From Octopus bimaculoides (lineage: Eukaryota), in the NCBI RefSeq assembly GCF_001194135.2, contig NC_069005.1:33074352-33119411 (forward strand): DNA of 45,060 nucleotides. Direction: 5' to 3'. Position numbers and translations under genes: made by a program. Every line of letters starts with the position of its first letter. The stretch's first letter is position 1. Below are positions 36,536 through 45,060 of this stretch, in pieces. The notes beneath the pieces were generated by a model. That model did not search any database. It worked only from the letters and a program-made list of their open reading frames with translations, and was not told the DNA's origin.

Positions 36536-39194
36536 TAAGAAAATCTTCAAGTATTAACTGCCCTGAATCAAAAAAAAAAAAAAAGATTAAGCAATACAAA
36601 TGACACCAACAACCACAAGACAATCAAACGAAGATCAGCTGTTGCCAGTGTTAACCCAGCAGGCTGTAATTTAACAGAGTTCTTCATACACGAATCCTTC
36701 ATATTTTTTTTATTTTTCTATAAATTACAAAAGTTCTTTTAGAACAACTAATTAGTTTTCACTTCAGTAAGTAATTTAAAAAAATAAAAAATTGAAATTT
36801 CATATATTGAGTTTATTTTTGTTTATATATTTATATGGCAGAATCATTAGAGCTTGACTGTATTTGTTCCAGCAGCTCTTTATGTGTTGAGTTCAAATCC
36901 TACTGAGGTTAAGTTTTATCTTTTGGGGCGCGTGCATATATATCTATGCGTGTAAACAGAATAGCATATGTATCAGGAAGCAGAAGGTCTCTGGGTTTAG
37001 AACAGACTATGTCCTTGGATGTGATAAGGGATGAAGACAAGAAAATTCTTGGGGTTGAGGCTAGAATAGGGATCAGAAAAGCCAGCGAACCCACACCAGC
37101 ATAGAGAAGCTGATGTAAAACATACAGTGTTGATGATGATGAATATGAGCAATGGGTGGGGGGTTAAAAATATAGTACCTGTAACAATTGAATTTATGCT
37201 AGACTCGTGATAACTTGTTTATAGAAATGTAGACAGATCCTCTACTCCTGTGACACTTTTTAATTCTTTACAAATTCCAGATACATCTCACTTTGGAGTG
37301 CAGCTCCTATATCTGGAATCTGAGACATCTGCCTCTTCTTTTTTTTTTTTTTTCTTTTTTTTTTTTCCTTCTGTATGGCTCGCAGTGTCCTGATTCTATT
37401 CTTACTCTGACCCTATGGTTATTATCTTCATTTCTGCCGACAGGGGATTCATCATTGTATATATTATCTTCTGAAGGAATAGAGTAATTGAAGATGAATA
37501 GATGTTAAACAAAAACAAAATATGAGTAAAGCAAATGAAAACTCTCTCTCTCTCTCTCTCTCAATGCTGTCTGTGTTGTGTTCACTTTCTCTGGTTCTGC
37601 TGTTGTTGAGTGGTTCTTTATGTCTATAAAACATTCAGAATTGGAAGGAAGGAAGGAAAACAGACATTGCTATGAATATGTTTGACATGATTTGTGCTTC
37701 AGCAGGGATGAAGTGTGTCAGGTGGATGGGGAGCAGCAAACAATTTATTTGACTGCAGCAATAGCTGATGTTATATAGCCTTGCTGTCTAAGATAAAACA
37801 TAAGGAATGGGTGGGATGGGTGCTGTAGGAGGAGCTACCACAGAAAAATCAGTCAGTTTTTATAGCTTTCCTTAAGAATTTACAGAAATTATAACATTAG
37901 CAGGGGTGGGGAGTATTGAATAGCTTGGAGTGAAGTCTATTTGAAGACTCAAAGAACAGTGTCACTGCGTGTCTACTTTTTCTTGTTGAAATACATTATG
38001 GCATCATCATCTCTGCTGGAGAAAGAAAGACCAAGGAAGAACAAACAGAAAACAATGATTGTGGAAAGGGAATCCAGGTTAGTCTCTTTAACCTGGTGCT
38101 TTCAACTGTCTCTCTTCACCAGATCATGAATATTTGTAGGGATCATTGGTGCAAATTGACTTAGGGTTAAATAAATATCTTGTTGAAATTGTGCAATAGC
38201 AGCAATATCTATTTTTTAGATAGGAAAATGTAAGTACAGTAATATTCCTTGCCATTGGGTACAATACAAAGTTTTAACTATTCTGGGATCATGAATCATG
38301 TGTCTCCTCCTCCTCTCTCTAATCCCCTGAGGGGCACACATTGTGTCCACTCCTTCAGATCCTACATTAACTGCAATGCCTAGTTCTTCTGCCACAGAAC
38401 ATTCTTTCCTACTTGGCCATGCCATCACCCATTTTGGTCAAGAATTTAATTTAAATGTGAGCTTTTAAATGTCTTTAAATTGTGAACATCATTTAAACCC
38501 TAGCTCTAAAGACATCACGACCACACTAAAGATGGAATAGCCACAGAATAACAATAAACATTTGGTTAGTCAGCAGTTTCTGGGTTAAAATAGAATTATG
38601 AAAACATTTTACTTTAAGAAGCATTAACAACAATTTGGAATACTGAGATTTGAAATCTCCGTGTTATAGTTTGCAGTGTTAAACGGATTAACTTAGTCTC
38701 ATGATCATGCAGTAAACACAACTGATAGAATAATGAACTTAATGAGTGAACTCATCTTTAAAATTGGAGTCATATTTCCGATAATGAAACTAATTACTCC
38801 CATGTTCGTTATTCAGGTGAGTTTTAATTCACTAAATCAAATGTTGCTTTCAAAGTGATCATCTGCAGCCTCCTCTTGTTTTTCTCTTATTTCCATTGGG
38901 CTGTTACTACTTCCACTGTAATTATTCAATCACCATATCTGATGTTTTAATGCTTAACATCAACTACCATTGTTGTTGCTGCTGTTGTTGTTGTTGTTTT
39001 CCTCACTTGCTGATTATCGAGACCATAGTGTTCTGTCATTAGACTGCTTTAAGATTTTTGGCAAATTAATAATTATATTGTGATTATTCCTCATATCTAC
39101 CTAATTGTTCTGCTCAGTAAATTGAGTTGTTGTTGTTATAACTTTCATCATTACTGCTTCATTAAGAGCTTTCAGCTAATCTGTTAACTACTAT

Positions 39195-39208
39195 TATTTT
39201 CTTCATCA

Positions 39209-39252
<44 letters not shown>
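39195..39252. repeat. (CAT)n(ATT)n microsatellite
   Basis: Direct inspection. Confidence 0.95.
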
Positions 39253-41231
39253 TTTCATACAGCGTTAAACATTTCTTTCAGTGAAACTGTTAATATTGAA
39301 TTGGCTATGATTATTTAATTTAACCTTTTTTTACGGCACTAAATTAGTGACATTATGATTTCTAAATGCTAATTTTGGCAATGTGATGCCTCACCATTTT
39401 CTACTGATTACTTGACATTATCAAGCATGGAGTAGTGGAACAGTATAGCAGCTGAAGACAAATGTTTACATTTTGCTTCTTTACTTGTCAGGGAGGAAAG
39501 TAATAAATTCTTCATGCAGTTGGAATCTAACTGTTACAAATAAAAACATCTTCATTTACTAATAAACATTTCTATTTGCAGTGCTGTGTTTTTGTGTTAA
39601 TTGATAAGATCAAAAAAAAATTACATCATCTGATATAAACTGGTTTTCTGCTTTCATAAAAACCTTTTAATGACTATTTTTAATGAAATAATGAAATACA
39701 CTCCCTGTATGTTTGAATTGCTTTAAACATAGTGAAGAATTTAAAGAAACTTAGTAAAATTTGAAGAAATTTAGTAAAATAACTAAATTCTTCATTTTCA
39801 GCTGCTGATTTGAACATAACTTAAGTCTTTATATAAAATTATACTGGACGGATTTAATTTAAATATGAACACTGTAAAAGAGGAAATTTTATATCATTGA
39901 ACCAGAATTGATCCTAGGTAGGTCGATATCATCAGAGTTGCCTTAGTAACAAAATATGATTTCGTTGCAAAGGCAAAAATGTTTATTGGAATATTTGTTT
40001 CCCAGGGTTTCCTTGACTCTACATTCACACTTCAGTCATTTGTTCAAGTATTTTCTTGGCAACTTTTAAAGTCTTTTAAAGTTGCAATATTGATACTGCA
40101 CGCATTGAACTACGGAACAAGTTCCTCTTGGAAAATTACTATTTGTAAATCTCACGACGAGAGATATTCAGCAACAGTACTTTGGAGTAAAGATTGTTTG
40201 CCAACATAACATGGCAGTTCTGGTTTAGGACGAATGTTGCTGTAATTTAGCCCCAGGAGACATCGTCTCCAGCTGGCTATATGACACAATCCCTTGAAGA
40301 GTATTATTTTACACTCACACATAGACTGAATGAGATGAAACTTGCAAACAAGGGAGATTGCATGTAGTTTATCAACCTAGTAGAAAAACAGCCAAAATAT
40401 CCAGTGAAATCATGTCTGGATAATGTAGTCCTAGATGGTGGTCATGGCTGGAGTGCTTTTTGATAGTAAATCCAAGACAGATTCAAGGCTAAACTATAAG
40501 ATAAGGTGAATTGCTTGAGTCAACATAGATCATAAATTCAAATTAACCAGAGACATTTTCATTATGTCCCTATGCAGAACACATTGCCTATGTCCACCTA
40601 AATTTATTGATGGAAGTTATTTAATTCACTTCTATTCATCAGTATTTTGAATGAAACATAGTTCAGTTTCAAACCCTTAACATGTTAAATAATCACAGAG
40701 TAGAGAAAGCTTTTCTGTATGGTATTAGGAAATCAAATAGAAGTTTCTGTTTGAGAAGCATTTAAATCTTTTATTGGATAATAAAATGCAATAATCTTCA
40801 TCTGATGTGATAAAACTTAAACAATTTTAGCATCAGTTGTTGATAGCAGCTTCACATTTTCTAATATTTTCAGTATATTGGTTCTCTCTCTCTCTCTTTC
40901 CTTTTACAACTTGTACTATGTGTAATACTTGTTACAGCTGCTGAAATACAGAAGCTATATGGCATCTATCAAGACCTTTCAAAGGAACGGTGGTAATTTA
41001 GATATTAAAGAAGAAATACTTAATTAGTTGTCTGCAACTGCAGATTAACAATTGCCATGAGCTGGTTTATTGCATGATTTAAATATCTCAGTGCACACAC
41101 TTCCTGCCATGCTGTGTAATTTCTGTACATGTCATAACAGTTTTGGCGTCATTCACAGTTAATTGCACATTTAACATTTTCTTTGTTCAACATTAGAGGT
41201 TTCTTAAAGTTGAAATATTGAAGAAATTCCT

Positions 41232-41296
41232 GTTTTTTTTTGTTTTTTTTTTTTTTTTTTTTTTNNNNNNNNNNTTTTTTTTTTTGTTTTTTTTTT
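41232..41296. other. Poly-T tract with a 10-N gap (41265-41274)
   Basis: Direct inspection. Confidence 0.95.
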
Positions 41297-41519
41297 TCAA
41301 GTTTACTTTGTCAGATTGATTTTATTGCTTTTTCTAAAAATATATATTTCAACTAAATTACAATAACTTAATTTGAATTATATATTCAATTAACATGTTG
41401 TTGTTTCGTCACATGTCAGCCCTAAGTTGGCAAATCTATTGTGAAAGGCAATTCAGTGATGACTATTCTGCTATGTTAGCCATTTCCAGATTCCCTTATT
41501 GGTTTATCAATCTTTATGT

Positions 41520-41740
41520 TTGTGTATTGTTGTTGTTGTTTAGCCTCGAGCAAGAAATAATTCAGCAGACCTATGATGAGAAGGGCTTCAACTGTGACCA
41601 TTCCACCATTCCTGTTTTTTCTGAAATTGTGTGTCTTGAACTGTATTATCAAATGTGTAATTTCTTTTCTAAGACTATAAGATGTGATTTGAGGAATATT
41701 TTGTTTCTGTTTCTATTAGGGTGAACTACCACATAGAACA
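41520..41740 (-). mobile_element. (CAA)n-tailed retroposon family copy with visible tail
   Basis: gttgttgttgtttagcc...cagcagacctatgat...aagatgtgatttgaggaatattttg. Confidence 0.7.
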
Positions 41741-41831
41741 GTAGTAGTAGTTGTCAACCTTTTTAATATCTGGGCCAAATCCAAAACCTAGATTTTTTTA
41801 GGGAGCCATGCCAAAAAAAAAAAAAATGTAA

Positions 41832-41935
41832 CCCTTTAGCATTTAAACTGACTATATCCGACCCGAATATTCTACCTGTTTTATGTTCAAACCAGCTAGA
41901 TCTGGTTTCTCACACCTACCCTACAATATCAGTCT
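41832..41935 (+). mobile_element. Left half of the piggyBac-like MITE
   Basis: taaccctttagcatttaaac...cacctaccctacaat; matches the left part of the 35379 copy. Confidence 0.85.
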
Positions 41936-43432
41936 GAAACGGTTTAAGAAAAATTTATATTTAAAGAAGGAAGGGTGTCAGGGGCTACTAGAAGGATGCT
42001 TGAGGGCTGCATGCTTCTTTCATTGGTTTGTGTGTATGTGTAGTTTTGCTCAGTAGTAATCAGTATATAGTTTCTTTTGAACCCCATAACTTTAGGCTAT
42101 CAAATACATGAAAGGCAGGGAGTAGTTCTGAAGATCCTCATTTTGAAGTAGCATATCTAGAGTAATGCAGCCTGATGTGGTCCATCTTTATCCACCCACA
42201 ATATTTAAATTTAGTAGTAGTACAGTCTAAGGAAACATTTGTCAATTAGTCAATATTCCTGCTGCTTATACAGTTGGGCTCCTGCTGTGACCGTTCTGTT
42301 TTTATTGTTGGGTAGGTGTCTTTAGATTTGGGATCCCTAGCTTTAAAATAATAGGAAGTTTGCAAAGGAAGTTGATTTGACTGCTATATTCAACCAGTCA
42401 AATGATAGCAGCACAGAAACATCTATTCTTGCCTTTTGGTTTTAAGAATTTATAACTTTCCTAAGCTTTATGAATAACTGTGATAGGTATATGAAACATT
42501 GCCCCAGAATCACGTGTAATATAACTCTGTCTTATTACTCTTCCAATTCGTTCTAGAGAATGGTAAAAATTAAAACCAAGATTGTTTCTTTGACATTATT
42601 GAAATCTTGATATCTTGAATATTTCTTGAAAAATTGGCTGCTTGCAAGAAATATTGGAATTGATCTTTTACAGCTGAATGCTTCTTCCTAAAACCAATTG
42701 CCCAACCATAACAATAGGTTTTATTAATAATTTATTTCACATCCATTTCTCAACGTTATTATTGAAGGATGAAAGGGGGGGGGGGAATGTGTGTTTCAGT
42801 CTTTTCGTTTTTGCAAATTTGGACATTTGCTTATAAATCTTGAGAGCAAATTTTATATTTTCGTTTTATGATTTGTAACAGTTGGCTACCTTTCCAACAA
42901 CTGTTAACCTCTCAACCATGAAGTGTGAGTGCTACTTATTCTTTGGATAGACTCAGAGAGACAAGTGGAGTAATATGTATTCACTTGAGCACAACATGAT
43001 GTAATTCTTGACTTTCTGGTTTTGTGCACAATCCCCAACCCACAGCTATACTCTCTCTCTTTTCTGTCTGCCTGTCAGTCTCTCTCGGTTCCTCTCCTTC
43101 TCTTACTCTCTCTCTTCTTGAGATGGGAGAAGAATCGTTTTCATAAATACAATATAGAATACCAAACTTTAATTGCAGTTGAACTTTTTCCCTACCTTTA
43201 CACTGAACAAATCTAAAAAAACTCTCATCACAATTTGAGTGCTGCATTCAAGGTTTTGCTCACTCAAACCAGTAAAAGATATACAGGAAGAGAGATGGGA
43301 GTCGGAGAATTAGATTATTATAAGTTTTGATGATGTGAAACGGCTCTTGCATATTTTCAGAGCTTCAGGTTGTAAGTAACTAATTTCTTTGTCAAATGTT
43401 CTGGTATTTTGTACTTTAGATCCAAATTACTG

Positions 43433-43710
43433 CATTTGATATGTATATCAACACATCTGATATCTATGTCCCAACAACTGATAGCTGCATCGTAATATTT
43501 GATACCTGCACCTCAATATTTGATAACAGTGGATATCTATATCATAACATTTGATATCAATATTCCAACATTTGATATCTCCATCCTAACTTTTAATAGT
43601 TGTATTCCAGCATCTGATATCTATATCTCAATATTTGATATCTATATCCTACCATTTGATACCCATATCCCAAATCTTGTATCTACAGCCCAACATTTGA
43701 CATCCATGTC
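43433..43710. repeat. Degenerate 21-bp minisatellite (consensus about catttgatatctatatcccaa), about 13 copies
   Basis: tttgata recurs at 21-bp spacing with two small deletions. Confidence 0.9.
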
Positions 43711-44271
43711 ATTTCTTTCATTCCTTTCGAATAAAAGAACTACGAGAATAAGTCACCTTTTGCAAAGGTCTGAATCATAATTTCAATCTCTAATCTTGTT
43801 AGCAGCCAATTACTAATGCACTTACTGACCTCTTTGCCAACTCAGCTGTTTTTCCATTGAGTCCATAGATCTGCAAGCTGCCGACGTTGAAATAGCAGCA
43901 GTCTGACAACCACTGTGGAGTCTCTCTCTTTTTCTCTGACTATTCCGTGCACTGCTCATATTCTGACTGCATCATCAATCCTAATGAGACGGTGTTAAAT
44001 GTAACGCTAATTATATTAGTTGACAGTTTGAGATGTAGCTGTGTGTCTCTTGTGTAGGATTCAGCTTTAGAAATACAACTGATTTGGCTGTGAATTATTG
44101 ATCTGAAGACTCTTTAAACCAGCCATTAGCTTTGTCAGCATCACCTTGTCTGGGAGAACTTGTATCAAAACATTCAGAATTAGAAACCTTGCCACAAACC
44201 CAAACCAATCCTTTTATGTTGTTGCACCTTTTCATTTAAAAAGGAAATGGCACAACAACAACACAAGTACA

Positions 44272-44338
44272 CACAAACAGAATATGTGAAAGTGCATGGC
44301 TCAGTGGTTAGGCTGTTGCACTTAGGATTGCAAGATTC
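44272..44338 (+). mobile_element. Truncated tRNA-like SINE head
   Basis: A-box tggctcagtggttagg, cut where the opposite-strand SINE tail begins. Confidence 0.6.
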
Positions 44339-44339
44339 T

Positions 44340-44650
44340 TTTATTCTTTTACTTGTTTCAGTCATTTTTGACTGTGGTCATGCTGGAGCACCATGTTTTT
44401 AGCCAAAGAAATCAAGCCCTGGATTTAATATTTGTAAGCTTGGTACTTATTCTATTGGACTCTTTTGCTGAACCACTAAGTTATGGGGACCTAAACACAC
44501 CAACATCAGTTGTCAAGCGATTGTAGGGAGACAAACACAGACACAAACAAACAAATATATACATTATATCTATATATATATATATATATATATATCTATA
44601 TCTATATATATATCCATCCAACGGGCTTCTTTCAGTTTCCGTCTACCAAG
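44340..44650 (-). mobile_element. Composite SINE (5'-truncated) with internal (TA)n/(TC)
   Basis: ttacttgtttcagtca...catgctggagcacc...gggacaaacacagacac...(ta)n...acgggcttctttcagtttccgtctacc. Confidence 0.9.
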
Positions 44651-44830
44651 TAAATCGACTTCAGTGCTTAGTTTTTGTAACACTTGTACTTACTGTCATC
44701 TTTTTGTTTTGAATATATTTATTTTCTTGTGAGAAGGAAAACTGGAAGTTCAACATTTCGAGCAGAAGCCATTCGTCAGATTGAGATGGAAAGTTTACTG
44801 ATGGTACCAGATGATAAATACACTGGATGT

Positions 44831-44831
44831 A

Positions 44832-44869
<38 letters not shown>

Positions 44870-44880
44870 CGGACAGACAG
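44831..44880. repeat. (GT)n(AG)n compound microsatellite
   Basis: Direct inspection. Confidence 0.95.
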
Positions 44881-45060
44881 ATATTAACGGTGCGTAAACA
44901 AGTGTTAACGGGTTGGGGCTGGCATTGGTGAAAACGATGAGGAAACCAAGAATTGCGGCAGATTTGGGGGAAGAGAAAAAAAATAAAAAAATGGATGATA
45001 GATTTTAGTCAGAACTGTCTTGGAACTAAATGACACCGACGACAACAACAACAACAAAGG

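Noticed and set aside
39880-40290. 76-aa ORF and a CpG-bearing segment that may be a TE end
   Set aside because: No recognisable motif in the frames I translated and no second copy in the window
42617-42656. 11-bp inverted repeat AATATTTCTTG / CAAGAAATATT; a similar one lies at about 39733-39793
   Set aside because: Short and AT-rich, so plausible by chance; no target-site duplication or additional copies

Overview
AT-rich, repeat-dense animal genomic DNA with five assembly gaps. The repeat families look like those of a coleoid cephalopod, probably Octopus; this is from recall, not a database search. I cannot support any intact protein-coding gene, rRNA, true tRNA or CRISPR array. Most listed ORFs come from microsatellites, N-runs or TE remnants, so the window is most likely intronic or intergenic. 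It holds several tRNA-headed SINE families, a degraded (CAA)n-tailed retroposon family in more than 12 copies, RTE-type LINE remnants, RTE-tailed short elements, TTAA piggyBac-like MITEs, a Tigger/pogo-like end fused to a 13 x 15-bp GC-rich minisatellite, and many microsatellites. The most unusual signals are two minus-strand motifs (27051-27097 and 16206-16243) with the layout of minimal type I hammerhead ribozymes. Each has a palindromic helix III and a swapped core 3-8 pair (G3-C8 and U3-A8), as expected for Penelope-like or retrozyme termini. Both copies look degenerate and activity is not shown.
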